Shown here: one piece after another, positions 47,677 through 57,785 of the stretch
Position numbering within the stretch: position 1 is the first letter of the stretch
How the letters are laid out: each line of letters begins with the position of its first letter
DNA from: a virus
Strand: one strand, 5' to 3'
Length of the DNA: 64,000 bases
Virus record (IMG/VR): IMGVR_UViG_3300032124_000002
Location: 15,455-79,454 of that record
Notes under the pieces: generated by a model
The model's database searches: none
What the model saw: the letters and a program-made list of their open reading frames with translations, nothing else
Told to the model about the DNA's origin: nothing
Made by a program: the position numbers and the translations under genes

Positions 47677-48198
47677 ATGGGCAGAAAACTTATCAGAACA
47701 ATGAAGGGAGAGGTTCTCGAAGGCTTTCCTCGCCCTGTTCTCGGAAAGCAAATCAGTAAGGTTTTGGGGGTGCGCTACTGCGCGGTTAGTGCTGAAGATG
47801 GCAACATTTATGATATAATCACTAACGCCGATGGTATCATTGAAAACTTAAAGCAGGGACTTTCTGTTTCACCTCCTCCGAAAGAGAACCTTCCACGGCA
47901 TCATCAAAATTTGAAAAGTGGTCAGTTTTTCTTCTGTATAGATGAAGATATATTTGCAGAACATCTTCATTTAGTTTATATAGAGGATGAGGTAATCATG
48001 GGTGAGCTTGCAACCCATGGAATCATTGCACCACGCATTGAAATGCATATCGATCAGTATATGTCGTACCTATCAGCCACCCAGGGTTTTTGGGAGGTTC
48101 TCCATGAAGAAAGTGAAAGTGGAACTGGAACTCAAAGCACTGTTGAAAGACAGCTCAATGCTGAAACTCAGAAATTTTATAGCAAATCAAATAAATAG
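47677..48198 (+). CDS. Tse2-like ADP-ribosyltransferase-fold protein (putative toxin)
   Basis: KLIR strand, GLSVSPPPKENLPRH and ATHGIIAPRIEMHIDQYMSYL..FW; start uncertain (TTG 47662 or ATG 47677). Confidence 0.6.
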   Translation: MGRKLIRTMKGEVLEGFPRPVLGKQISKVLGVRYCAVSAEDGNIYDIITNADGIIENLKQGLSVSPPPKENLPRHHQNLKSGQFFFCIDEDIFAEHLHLVYIEDEVIMGELATHGIIAPRIEMHIDQYMSYLSATQGFWEVLHEESESGTGTQSTVERQLNAETQKFYSKSNK

Positions 48199-48373
48199 CG
48201 GTGAAGTAACCGGGGATGAGATATATCAATATCTTTTTGATTTTGTTGATAAAGGCCTGTTAAGTGAAGAAGTTGAGGAAAAAGCTAACGATCTCATGGA
48301 TGCTTTATCAGGTTGGTGTGCTAAAGAATGTTGGTTAGGCACTGGCAACTATGGTCAGCAATTGACAGCATAG
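48104..48373 (+). CDS. Small helical protein, putative immunity/antitoxin
   Basis: GGAGG RBS at 48093, 89 aa, acidic core, LMDALSGWC motif; overlaps the toxin 3' end. Confidence 0.7.
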   Translation: MKKVKVELELKALLKDSSMLKLRNFIANQINSGEVTGDEIYQYLFDFVDKGLLSEEVEEKANDLMDALSGWCAKECWLGTGNYGQQLTA

Positions 48374-48398
48374 TAGGCTTCAACACCGTCCGCTTAAG

Positions 48399-48420
48399 AA
48401 CCGCCTTTGGGCGGTTTTTT
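48399..48420 (+). terminator. Terminator closing the moron
   Basis: aaccgcc-tttg-ggcggtt plus T-tract. Confidence 0.8.
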
Positions 48421-48464
48421 GTTGTGCACAACACAATATTTGAATGCTAATCATTATCATTTAT

Positions 48465-48530
48465 GGGTCCTCCCGGTAGGGTTATCTGCCACGGGGCGGC
48501 GGACTCGCGGAAAACGGCTAGTTTTCATTT
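48465..48530 (+). other. Lambda-type cos: cosQ GGGTCCT and cosN 12-mer GGGCGGCGGACT
   Basis: gggtcct at 48465; acg/gggcggcggact/cgcg at 48494-48505 parallels lambda ACG/GGGCGGCGACCT/CGCG. Confidence 0.82.
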
Positions 48531-48622
48531 TTCATAGTCATCATCATCATGTGCACAGGTTATTGATTTTCCAGATGTCGGATTTTCAATGATGTCGAAT
48601 CGTATAAAAAGTGTTCACCATC

Positions 48623-49114
48623 ATGGACCAGGAAATCGCTACTTTAAAACTCAATATCAACCAGCTTGCCGGGATTACTGGCGTACACCGCCAGACCGTC
48701 GCTACCAGGCTAAAAAATGTCAGTCCCGCCCAGGGAAGCAACAGCAAACTTAAGTTGTATCTTGTCACCGATATTCTGACAGAATTAATGATCCCGACGG
48801 TTTCCTCATCGAATCTTGAAGAGATGACACCCCCTGATCGCCTCGCTCACTGGAAAGCAGAAAACGAGCGGTTGAAATTTGAAGTAGATACCAAGCAACT
48901 TATCCCCGCCGAAGACGTCGCACGTGAATTTTCAATGATGGCGAAAGCCGTCGTCATGGTACTTGAAACACTTCCGGACATTCTTGAGCGCGACTGTGCA
49001 CTTACGCCGGTTGCGGTATCACGCGTGCAAAGCGTGATTGATGACCTGCGCGATCAGGTTGCTCAAAAAGTAATGGACGCTGAACCAGAGGAGGATGAGC
49101 CAGAGGAGGACTGA
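48623..49114 (+). CDS. Terminase small subunit (Nu1/DUF1441-like)
   Basis: HTH LNINQLAGITGVHRQTV; follows cos. Confidence 0.88.
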   Translation: MDQEIATLKLNINQLAGITGVHRQTVATRLKNVSPAQGSNSKLKLYLVTDILTELMIPTVSSSNLEEMTPPDRLAHWKAENERLKFEVDTKQLIPAEDVAREFSMMAKAVVMVLETLPDILERDCALTPVAVSRVQSVIDDLRDQVAQKVMDAEPEEDEPEED

Positions 49115-51222
49115 TGACAAAACGGGCATCTGCCAAGGGGATACGCCGCGATGTCTCCGGTATTCTTCGTGCCCCACGTCGTATGCAGGTGGCCGATGCG
49201 GTCAGCTCATATATGCGTGTGCCGATGGGGGCGGGTAACTCCGTACCATGGGACCCCAATCTGGCCCCTTATATTATTGAGCCGATGAATTGTCTGGCAT
49301 CCCGTGAATATGATGCGGTGGTGTTTGTCGGACCGGCCCGAACCGGGAAAACGATTGGCCTGATTGATGGCTGGATTGTCTACAACATCGTTTGTGATCC
49401 CGCTGACATGCTGGTTATTCAGGTCTCCGAAGAGAAAGCGCGTGAACATTCCAAGAAACGCCTCGATCGCACATTCCGGTGTAGTCCGGAAGTAAAATCG
49501 CGACTCAGTCCGCGTCGTAACGACAATAACGTTCACGACCGCACCTTCCGGGCCGGTAACTATCTCAAACTGGGCTGGCCGTCAGTCAACATTATGTCGT
49601 CGTCAGACTATAAAAGCGTGGCGTTGACTGACTATGACCGCTTTCCTGAAGATATTGACGGGGAAGGTGATGCATTTTCCCTGGGTTCGAAACGTACCAC
49701 TACGTTTATGTCCAGCGGCATGACTCTGGTTGAGAGTTCACCTGGCCGAGATATTCGTGACACGAAATGGCGACCAAACACTGCACATGAGGCACCGCCG
49801 ACTACCGGCATATTATCGTTGTTTAATCGTGGTGACCGCCGCCGCCTTTACTGGCCTTGCCCGCATTGCGGAGAATATTTTCAGCCGGAGGTTGCAAATA
49901 TGACGGGCTACCGGGATTCCCTTGATCCCGTTGTGGCAAGTGAGTCTGCATATCTCCAGTGCCCGGCCTGCAAAGGCAGGATCACCGCAGATATGAAACG
50001 TGAACTGAATATCCGCCATGTCTGGTTACGCGATGGAGAAAAAATAGACCGTGATGGCAACAGATTTGGGGAGCCGCGGCGATCACGTATCGCTTCATTC
50101 TGGATGGAGGGGCCTGCGGCTGCATATCAGACATGGTCGCAGATGATATACAAATTCCTGACTGCTGAGCAGGAATATGAGTCCACCCAGAGTGAAGAGA
50201 CGCTGAAAACGGTAGTTAATACCGACTTTGGTCGGCCTTATCTACCCCGAGCCAGTCTCGAACAACGTAAGAGTGAGCTGCTCGAACGACGCGCTGAAGA
50301 CGTGCCGAAGCGATCTGTACCAGATGGTGTGCTCTTTATGACTGCAACCGTTGATGTGCAGGGCGGTAAATCCCGTCGTTTCGTGGTTCAGGTGACTGGC
50401 TACGGTGAGCAGGGTGAGAGATGGCTGGTCGATCGCTACAACATCCGCCAGTCTCTGCGGGCAAACGAGCACGGTGAATGTTACTCCATCGATCCGGCAA
50501 GTTACCCGGAAGACTGGGATTTACTTTTGTCTGACGTGTTCGAAAAGTCATGGCCCTTAGCGAGTAACCCGTCAAAACGCATGCGGCTCATGGCGATGGC
50601 TGTCGATTCCGGCGGTGAGGATGGTGTCACCGATAACGCATATAAGTTCTGGCGTAAGTGTCGCCGGGATGGGCTTGGTAAAAAGATTTTCCTCTTCAAG
50701 GGCGACAGTGTCCGACGCTCAAAACTAATTACCCGAACATTTCCTGATAACACTGACAGATCAACTCGCCGGGCAAAAGCCGCTGGCGATGTGCCGCTTT
50801 ACCTTCTTCAGACTGATGCGCTGAAAGATCAGGTGAATAACGCCCTGTGGCGAGAATCACCCGGCCCGAACTATGTGCATTTCCCTAAATGGCTCGGCAG
50901 CTGGTTTTACGATGAGCTGACCTATGAGGAACGTTCACCCGATGGAAAATGGAGCAAACCGGGCCGAGGTCCGAATGAAGCTTTCGATCTACTCGTTTAT
51001 GCCGATGCGCTGGCCATATTGCACGGATACGAAAAGATCAAATGGCCGGATGCGCCTGAATGGGCGAGGCGGACAACGTGGATCGAAGAAAGCACGCCGG
51101 AAACTGGCGAAGCGTCACCCACGTTATCAGCAAAAACGACCCATAGCAGAAAAAAACGGAAGGCAAATAAGCCGGATGTTGAAAACAATCCGTGGACTAC
51201 ATCATCAGGAGGCTGGGTGTGA
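49114..51222 (+). CDS. Terminase large subunit (lambda GpA family)
   Basis: GPARTGKT Walker A, DYDRF, CPHC..CPAC, NEAFDLLVYA. Confidence 0.95.
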   Translation: MTKRASAKGIRRDVSGILRAPRRMQVADAVSSYMRVPMGAGNSVPWDPNLAPYIIEPMNCLASREYDAVVFVGPARTGKTIGLIDGWIVYNIVCDPADMLVIQVSEEKAREHSKKRLDRTFRCSPEVKSRLSPRRNDNNVHDRTFRAGNYLKLGWPSVNIMSSSDYKSVALTDYDRFPEDIDGEGDAFSLGSKRTTTFMSSGMTLVESSPGRDIRDTKWRPNTAHEAPPTTGILSLFNRGDRRRLYWPCPHCGEYFQPEVANMTGYRDSLDPVVASESAYLQCPACKGRITADMKRELNIRHVWLRDGEKIDRDGNRFGEPRRSRIASFWMEGPAAAYQTWSQMIYKFLTAEQEYESTQSEETLKTVVNTDFGRPYLPRASLEQRKSELLERRAEDVPKRSVPDGVLFMTATVDVQGGKSRRFVVQVTGYGEQGERWLVDRYNIRQSLRANEHGECYSIDPASYPEDWDLLLSDVFEKSWPLASNPSKRMRLMAMAVDSGGEDGVTDNAYKFWRKCRRDGLGKKIFLFKGDSVRRSKLITRTFPDNTDRSTRRAKAAGDVPLYLLQTDALKDQVNNALWRESPGPNYVHFPKWLGSWFYDELTYEERSPDGKWSKPGRGPNEAFDLLVYADALAILHGYEKIKWPDAPEWARRTTWIEESTPETGEASPTLSAKTTHSRKKRKANKPDVENNPWTTSSGGWV

Positions 51223-51434
51223 AACAAACCGATATTGAATCCATTATCCAGCGTTATACCGATGCGGAAATAGCTGTGCTGGATGGAAAGTCTATTACAT
51301 TCAACGGACAGCAGATGACGCTGGAGAACCTGTCCGAAATCCGCAAGGGGCGTCAGGAATGGGAGCGCCGTCTTGCATCCCTGTTGGCTCAACGTCACGG
51401 GCGACCTGGTTATAAACTCGCGAGGTTTCCATGA
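51219..51434 (+). CDS. Head-tail joining protein W-like
   Basis: GTG start; AEIAVLDGKSITFNGQQMTLENLSEIRKGR. Confidence 0.82.
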   Translation: MKQTDIESIIQRYTDAEIAVLDGKSITFNGQQMTLENLSEIRKGRQEWERRLASLLAQRHGRPGYKLARFP

Positions 51435-52930
51435 GCCTGTTAGATGATGCGATTGGCGTTTTTTCCCCTGGATGGAAAGCGGCGCGGTTACGTTCTAGAG
51501 CAATGATCCAGGCATATGAAGCGGTTAAGCCCACCCGAACACACAAGGCGCGCAGGGAAAACCGTTCCGCTAACCAGCTAAGCCAGATGGGGGCTGTATC
51601 CCTCCGTGAGCAAGCGCGCTGGCTGGATAATAATCACGATCTCGTTATCGGCGTGTTCGATAAGCTTGAGGAACGGGTGGTTGGTGCAAAAGGAATTATT
51701 GTTGAGCCCCACCCGGTACTGAATAACGGAAGTATAGCGAAGAAACTTGCTGAACAAATCAGAGCGAAGTGGGCTGAATGGTCGGTCAGCCCTGAGGTCA
51801 CGGGGCAGTTTACCCGCCCGATGCTTGAGCGGTTGATGCTCAGGAGCTGGCTCAGAGACGGAGAAATTTTCGCTCAGATGGTGAATGGCTCAGCGCAGGG
51901 ACTTGAGCCGGTGGCTGGAGTACCATTCTGGCTTGAAGCGCTTGAGGCCGATTTTGTGCCGATGACCAATGATGAGTCCCTGCAACTTTGTCAGGGGGTA
52001 TATGTAGATAACTGGGGGCGCCCAAAAAAGTACCTGGTCTATAAAAGTCTGCCTGTTACCGGCCGTCAATTGGATACGAAAGATGTCGATGCCGGGAATA
52101 TGCTTCATCTCAAATTTACCCGCCGTCTTCATCAGACCCGAGGGACCTCTCTCCTTTCTGGTGTGCTCATGCGCCTCAGTGCGCTGAAAGAATACGAGGA
52201 TGCGGAGTTAACGGCAGCACGTATTGCAGCTGCGTTGGGGATGTACATAAAAAAAGGAGACGGGCAAAGTTTTACGGACGAGACCACCAAAGACAATCGC
52301 GACGTAATGATTGAGCCAGGCATTATTTATGATGATCTGCTGCCCGGTGAAGACATCGGGATGATCAAGTCCGACAGACCAAACCCTAACCTTGAAACAT
52401 TCCGAAATGGACAATTGCGCGCTGTCGCTGCCGGTGCTCGTCTCAGCTTCTCCAGTACAGCCAGAAACTACGATGGAACATACAGTGCCCAGCGCCAGGA
52501 GTTGGTTGAATCAACAGATGGTTATCTGATCCTTCAGGACTGGTTCATAGGCGCAATCACCCGGCCAATGTACCGAAACTGGTTAAAAATGGCGGTAGCT
52601 TCTGGCGAAATTCAGCTACCACGTGGGCTGGATATGGCGTCGCTTTACACCGCAGTTTATTCCGGACCGGTCATGCCGTGGATCGACCCAGTTAAAGAGG
52701 CTAATGCCTGGAAAGCGCAAATCCGAGGTGGTGCTGCGACAGAATCTGACTGGGTGCGAGCTAGCGGACGCAATCCGGATGATGTGAAACGTCGTCGCAA
52801 GGCTGAAGTTGATGATAACCGAGAACTGGGACTGGTGTATGACACCGATCCTGCAAACGATAAAGGAGGCATCAGTGCCGAAGTCAAAGAACCGGACGCC
52901 CCGTCGTCCGAAAGCCAGCGCAAGAAGTAA
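51431..52930 (+). CDS. Portal protein (lambda family)
   Basis: QTRGTSLL, YSAQRQEL and PVMPWIDPVKE motifs. Confidence 0.95.
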   Translation: MSLLDDAIGVFSPGWKAARLRSRAMIQAYEAVKPTRTHKARRENRSANQLSQMGAVSLREQARWLDNNHDLVIGVFDKLEERVVGAKGIIVEPHPVLNNGSIAKKLAEQIRAKWAEWSVSPEVTGQFTRPMLERLMLRSWLRDGEIFAQMVNGSAQGLEPVAGVPFWLEALEADFVPMTNDESLQLCQGVYVDNWGRPKKYLVYKSLPVTGRQLDTKDVDAGNMLHLKFTRRLHQTRGTSLLSGVLMRLSALKEYEDAELTAARIAAALGMYIKKGDGQSFTDETTKDNRDVMIEPGIIYDDLLPGEDIGMIKSDRPNPNLETFRNGQLRAVAAGARLSFSSTARNYDGTYSAQRQELVESTDGYLILQDWFIGAITRPMYRNWLKMAVASGEIQLPRGLDMASLYTAVYSGPVMPWIDPVKEANAWKAQIRGGAATESDWVRASGRNPDDVKRRRKAEVDDNRELGLVYDTDPANDKGGISAEVKEPDAPSSESQRKK

Positions 52931-54890
52931 TTCGTGGTTTCGTATGCAGGCCAGCGCCGACAATCAGGTAGAAATCTATATCTACGACGAGATCGGCTAC
53001 TGGGGCGTGACCGCCCGGCAGTTTGTTAACGACCTTAAAGCGCTTGGTGATGTGACCCATATTAATCTTCATATCAATTCGCCTGGTGGCGATGTCTTTG
53101 ACGGCATCGCCATTTTTAATGCTCTTAAACATCATGGTGCGTCAATTACCGTTCATATCGACGGTCTGGCCGCGTCTATGGCCTCGGTCATTGCTATGGT
53201 GGGTAATCCGGTCATCATGCCTGAAAACACCATGATGATGATCCATAAGCCCTGGGGCTTTGCTGGTGGTGATGCCAACGATATGCGTGACTACGCAGAG
53301 CTTCTGGACAAGGTTGAGTCTGTTCTGATCCCTGCTTATGCAGAGAAAACGGGTAAGAGCCCCGATGAAATAGCGGCGATGCTGGAAGATGAAACATGGA
53401 TGGATGGCAAAGAATGCGTCGCTATGGGTTTTGCCGACCAGGTCACCCCCTCTCTTCAGGCTATGGCCTGTATCCAGTCTAAACGTATTGAGGACTTCGA
53501 AAAGATGCCAAAAAATATTCGCAACATGTTAACGCCGCCGCGAGCTACCACGCAACGCGATCCCCAGCAACCACAAATGCAGCAGCCGGTGGTGAGCCAA
53601 CCTTCCGTAATTGACGAAAACACCATTCGTGCTCAGGTAATCGCTGAGCAAAAGGATCGCGTTAATGGTATTAACAACCTCTTTGCGATGTTTGGTGGTA
53701 AACACGCCGAACTGCAGGCGCAGTGTGTAGCAGATATGGACTGCTCTGTCGATCAGGCTAAAGACAAACTGCTGGCGCTGCTGGGTAAAGATGCTTCACC
53801 ATCGGCTAAAACCACGCCAGCGCATATTCATGCAGGTAACGGTAATTTTGTCGCCGATGGTATTCGCCAGGCATTGATGGCGCGTGCCGGATTTGAAGAT
53901 CAGGAACGTGACAATGTCTACAACGGCATGACCCTGCGTGAATATGCCCGCATGGCCCTGACTGAGCGGGGAATTGGCGTATCCAGCTATAACCCGATGC
54001 AGATGGTAGGGCTGGCGCTGACGCACAGCACCTCTGATTTTGGCAACATCCTTCTTGATGTCGCCAACAAATCGATTTTGCAGGGCTGGGACGAAGCTGC
54101 AGAAACCTTTGAGCAGTGGACAAAGAAAGGCCAGTTGTCGGACTTTAAGACAGCGCATCGTGTGGGGATGGGCGGATTCCCGTCTCTGCGGCAGGTTCGC
54201 GAAGGCGCTGAATATAAGTATGTGACTACCGGCGATAAAGGTGAAACCATCGCGCTAGCCACCTACGGAGAAATTTTTTCCATCACTCGCCAGGCAATCA
54301 TCAATGATGATCTGAACCAGCTCACAGATGTTCCGATGAAAATGGGCCGTGCCGCTAAGGCGACTATCGGTGACCTGGTTTACGCCATTCTGACCAAAAA
54401 CCCAAAACTCTCAGATGGTAAGGCGTTATTCCACGCAGACCACAAGAACCTGTCCACCGGTGCTATTTCCGTTAGCAGCCTGGACGATGCCCGTAAACTG
54501 ATGCGCCTGCAGAAAGAGGGAGAACGATCTCTGAACATCCGCCCGGCATTTATGCTGGTGCCGGTCGCGCTGGAGACACTGGCTAACCAGACGATAAAAT
54601 CAGCGAGCGTAAAAGGGGCGGATATCAACGCCGGGATTATTAACCCGATCCAGAATTTTGCAGATGTGATTGCAGAGGCCCGCCTTGACGAAGCTGACGC
54701 AAAAGCCTGGTATCTGATGGCGGCAAAAGGGACGGACACCATCGAAGTTGCGTATCTGAATGGTGTTGATACTCCTTACATTGATCAGCAGGAAGGGTTT
54801 ACCACTGACGGTATCGCTACAAAAGTTCGTATCGATGCTGGTGTGGCGCCGCTTGATTACCGCGGCCTGGTGAAATCCAGCGGCCAGTAA
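52875..54890 (+). CDS. ClpP-like prohead protease/major capsid fusion
   Basis: INSPGGDVFDG, DGLAASMAS, MIHKPW, then Mu-like capsid domain HSTSDFGNILL; GGAGG RBS before GTG 52875. Confidence 0.92.
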   Translation: MPKSKNRTPRRPKASARSNSWFRMQASADNQVEIYIYDEIGYWGVTARQFVNDLKALGDVTHINLHINSPGGDVFDGIAIFNALKHHGASITVHIDGLAASMASVIAMVGNPVIMPENTMMMIHKPWGFAGGDANDMRDYAELLDKVESVLIPAYAEKTGKSPDEIAAMLEDETWMDGKECVAMGFADQVTPSLQAMACIQSKRIEDFEKMPKNIRNMLTPPRATTQRDPQQPQMQQPVVSQPSVIDENTIRAQVIAEQKDRVNGINNLFAMFGGKHAELQAQCVADMDCSVDQAKDKLLALLGKDASPSAKTTPAHIHAGNGNFVADGIRQALMARAGFEDQERDNVYNGMTLREYARMALTERGIGVSSYNPMQMVGLALTHSTSDFGNILLDVANKSILQGWDEAAETFEQWTKKGQLSDFKTAHRVGMGGFPSLRQVREGAEYKYVTTGDKGETIALATYGEIFSITRQAIINDDLNQLTDVPMKMGRAAKATIGDLVYAILTKNPKLSDGKALFHADHKNLSTGAISVSSLDDARKLMRLQKEGERSLNIRPAFMLVPVALETLANQTIKSASVKGADINAGIINPIQNFADVIAEARLDEADAKAWYLMAAKGTDTIEVAYLNGVDTPYIDQQEGFTTDGIATKVRIDAGVAPLDYRGLVKSSGQ

Positions 54891-54970
54891 TCATTACAGT
54901 TCTGAATACGACGCCCGGAAGGGTTTTTTTTATACCTGAAATCAGCCCTGCGGGGCTGACAGGAGACGTT

Positions 54971-55297
54971 ATGGCTAAAAATTATGTGCAAGACGGCAAA
55001 ACCATCCCCGTGAAAAATTCTGGTACCGAGGAAATTCTCAGCGGTACACCCGTTTCTTTAGGCGGGATGATTGCGGTTGCAATTACCGATATTCAGCCGG
55101 GTGATGTAGGCGACGGATTCGCTGAAGGTGTCTTTCTTTTACCTAAGCTGCCAGCTGATGCCGTGACCGCCGGGGAAAAGGTATATCTCAAAGCTGGAAA
55201 TGTTCAACTGGATGACACCGATGCGGTGTTAGCCGGGACTGCCTGGGAGGATGCTGCGGCAGGCGTTACCGTCCTGGAAGTCAAAATCAATGGCTAA
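54971..55297 (+). CDS. Capsid cement protein (DUF2190)
   Basis: MAKNYVQDGKTI..EGVFLLPK motif. Confidence 0.88.
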   Translation: MAKNYVQDGKTIPVKNSGTEEILSGTPVSLGGMIAVAITDIQPGDVGDGFAEGVFLLPKLPADAVTAGEKVYLKAGNVQLDDTDAVLAGTAWEDAAAGVTVLEVKING

Positions 55298-55583
55298 TGC
55301 CTTTGACAATATGGCTGGCAGGATGGATGAACTGACGGCGAAAAGGCTGGGCAGAACGGTGACTATTAATGGCGATGAGCATATTGCTGTTGAAAGTCAC
55401 CTGCTGCCTGAGCTGGGGCCGGTCGCGGGGGATGGGATTAACCTGGTTATCTTCAGCGCTGGCTATCAGCCGGCGCGGGGAGATGAGGTTATTTATAAAA
55501 GTCAGGTTTACACCGTTACCCGATGGCTCCTCTTTAATGGTAAGCCGCAAATCTGGATTGAGGAGGTCACAGGTGACGATTAA
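55290..55583 (+). CDS. Head-tail joining protein (FII-like)
   Basis: 97 aa, synteny after the cement gene. Confidence 0.75.
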   Translation: MANAFDNMAGRMDELTAKRLGRTVTINGDEHIAVESHLLPELGPVAGDGINLVIFSAGYQPARGDEVIYKSQVYTVTRWLLFNGKPQIWIEEVTGDD

Positions 55584-56124
55584 AGGGCTGGAAGAGCTCA
55601 GGCAGAACCTGAGCAATATCAGTAAAAATGCCATTCCTCGGGCGACATCCCAGTCCATTAACCGGGTAGCTGGAAGGGCAATCAGCCGCAGCTCTACGCG
55701 AGTGGCGAAAGAGACTAAGGTTAAGCGAAAACTGGTCATGCAGCGCGCCAAACTTAAACGGGCAAGCCCTAAAAAACCAATGGCTACCATCCGGGTAAAT
55801 CGCGGCAACCTCCCGGCGATAAAGCTGGGGCATGTCCGTGTTCAGCTTTCACGACGAAAGCGCGACAACGGTAGTTCTGGAAGCGTTCTGAAGATTGGGA
55901 ATTTCAGCTTCCCTGGTGCTTTTGTGCAACAGCTTAATAATGGTCGCTGGCATGTTCTTCGACGAACCAGTAAATCTCGTTACCCGGTAGAAGTGGTGAA
56001 AGTACCTCTGTCCACCCCCCTGACTGCTGCATTCAAAGAAGAACTTCCCAAAATGATGGCATCTGATATGCCAAAAGAAATGATGGCTGCGATCAAAAAT
56101 CAGATAAGGCTGGTGACAAAATGA
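55573..56124 (+). CDS. Minor tail protein Z-like
   Basis: IRVNRGNLPAIKLG..SRYPVEVVKVPL, basic. Confidence 0.88.
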   Translation: MTIKGLEELRQNLSNISKNAIPRATSQSINRVAGRAISRSSTRVAKETKVKRKLVMQRAKLKRASPKKPMATIRVNRGNLPAIKLGHVRVQLSRRKRDNGSSGSVLKIGNFSFPGAFVQQLNNGRWHVLRRTSKSRYPVEVVKVPLSTPLTAAFKEELPKMMASDMPKEMMAAIKNQIRLVTK

Positions 56125-56519
56125 TTCACCCGCAAGTACGAAAAGCTGTTCTGGATAAACTGAAGTCAATCAACTCCGGAAAAATATTCTGGTATGACGG
56201 TCGGCCAGCTTTCCTGGCTCCAGAAGAGTTACCCGCGGTCGCTGTATATCTTACTGATGCAAAGGCGACGGGCGGCAGTATTGATGAGGAAGAGTGGGAG
56301 GCTGTCCTTCACATTGAAGTATTCCTTAAAGCAACTGCTACCGATAGCGAGCTGGATAAATGGATGGAAACCCGCATCTATCCGGCCATGGCTGACGTTC
56401 CTGAGCTTGCCAGTATCGTTGAAACCATCAGCGTTGCCGGGTACGACTACCAACGTGACGATGAAGCCACTACATGGGGCTCCGCGGATCTCCAATATTC
56501 CCTGACTTATATTATGTGA
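56121..56519 (+). CDS. Tail terminator U-like
   Basis: [32 protein letters not shown]. Confidence 0.9.
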   Translation: MIHPQVRKAVLDKLKSINSGKIFWYDGRPAFLAPEELPAVAVYLTDAKATGGSIDEEEWEAVLHIEVFLKATATDSELDKWMETRIYPAMADVPELASIVETISVAGYDYQRDDEATTWGSADLQYSLTYIM

Positions 56520-56526
56520 GGACTAT

Positions 56527-57009
56527 ATGCCAACTCCAACACCTACCACGCCGACGAAAGGTGCCGGGACAACTTTTTGGATTTATACCGGAACTGGTGA
56601 TCCCTACGATGATCCGTTAAGTGATGTCGGCTGGACACGAACGGCAAAGGTTAAGGAATTAACACCTGGGGAACTGACTGCAGAGTCATATGATGATTCC
56701 TATATTGATGATGATGCGCCTGACTGGGATTCAACAGCTCAGGGTGTTAAGTCAGCCGGTCAAACCAGCGTAACACTTGCCTGGAAACCTGGTGAATCTG
56801 GCCAGAAGGATCTGGTTGACTGGTTTATGAATGGTGATGAAAAATCTTACAAAATTAAATATCCAAATGGGGCAGTTGATGTTTTCACCGGCTGGGTAAA
56901 TAGTTTGGGTAAGACTATTTCACGAAACGAAGTTATTACCCGTAGTGCACAAATCACCAATAAAGGTAAACCTTCTCTGGCTGAAGATAACGCTTCGACT
57001 AATCCTTAA
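56527..57009 (+). CDS. Major tail tube protein V-like (no Ig domain)
   Basis: [35 protein letters not shown]. Confidence 0.9.
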   Translation: MPTPTPTTPTKGAGTTFWIYTGTGDPYDDPLSDVGWTRTAKVKELTPGELTAESYDDSYIDDDAPDWDSTAQGVKSAGQTSVTLAWKPGESGQKDLVDWFMNGDEKSYKIKYPNGAVDVFTGWVNSLGKTISRNEVITRSAQITNKGKPSLAEDNASTNP

Positions 57010-57051
57010 TATATTCGTCAGCGGTGCTAAGGCACCGCGAAAGGTAATGAA

Positions 57052-57447
57052 ATGACTTATCTTAAAAAAGATACATTAAATCCCGATGGTGAGAGTATTT
57101 TACTGTTTGAGTTATCGGCTTACAGTAGAATGCAATATATTGAATTTATGGTTGAAGAGCGGAAGTCATTACCATCAGAGGAAAGCACACCTGAAGAAAA
57201 CTTTAAATTGGCCACCTTGTTGACTATGCGTGATCAGGCCATGCTCGTTGCATTATCCTTGAGCGAGGCGGATGAAGAGCAACGTGAAGGGAAAGATATT
57301 TTCCCTGAAATTTTACGGAAATATACACCAGGGTTATTGGGCAGCGCTGCATTACTTGTGCGTATACTTTCAGGGATGATCCCACCAGTGAATAATGACC
57401 CTGAGAAAACTGAAGAAGAGGAAGAGCCAGATTTGGAAAAGTCCTGA
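57052..57447 (+). CDS. Tail assembly chaperone G-like
   Basis: LFELSAYSRMQYIEF; ends at the GGAAAAG slippery-like site (57435-57441). Confidence 0.85.
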   Translation: MTYLKKDTLNPDGESILLFELSAYSRMQYIEFMVEERKSLPSEESTPEENFKLATLLTMRDQAMLVALSLSEADEEQREGKDIFPEILRKYTPGLLGSAALLVRILSGMIPPVNNDPEKTEEEEEPDLEKS

Positions 57448-57785
57448 CCCGCTCACGTCGCTTTGCTATGCGATTAGCCAGGGAGTTTGGACGGCCAGAC
57501 TGGCGCGCAATGCTTTCGGAAATGTCTTCCTCTGAATGGTTCGAATGGATTGAGTATTACCAGGATAATTGTTTTAGCGACGACCTCCTGGACTCTCATT
57601 TTGCCAATCTTAGTTATCTTGCTGTCAGTCTCTTCACCGATCCGGATAAATACGGAATTACCTCCCTTGATTTTAGTTTGTTATCAAAACGTGAGGGAGA
57701 AAGTGAGTTGGATTCAGACGAGCAACTTATGTCGATAGCCGAAAGCATTCCCGGAGGAGTTCGCTATGTCCCAGCCAGTGGGTGA
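57435..57785 (+). CDS. Tail assembly protein T-like, via -1 frameshift
   Basis: -1 frame GKVLTRSRRFAMRLAREFGRPDWRAMLSEMSSSEW. Confidence 0.82.
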   Translation, partial: GKVLTRSRRFAMRLAREFGRPDWRAMLSEMSSSEWFEWIEYYQDNCFSDDLLDSHFANLSYLAVSLFTDPDKYGITSLDFSLLSKREGESELDSDEQLMSIAESIPGGVRYVPASG

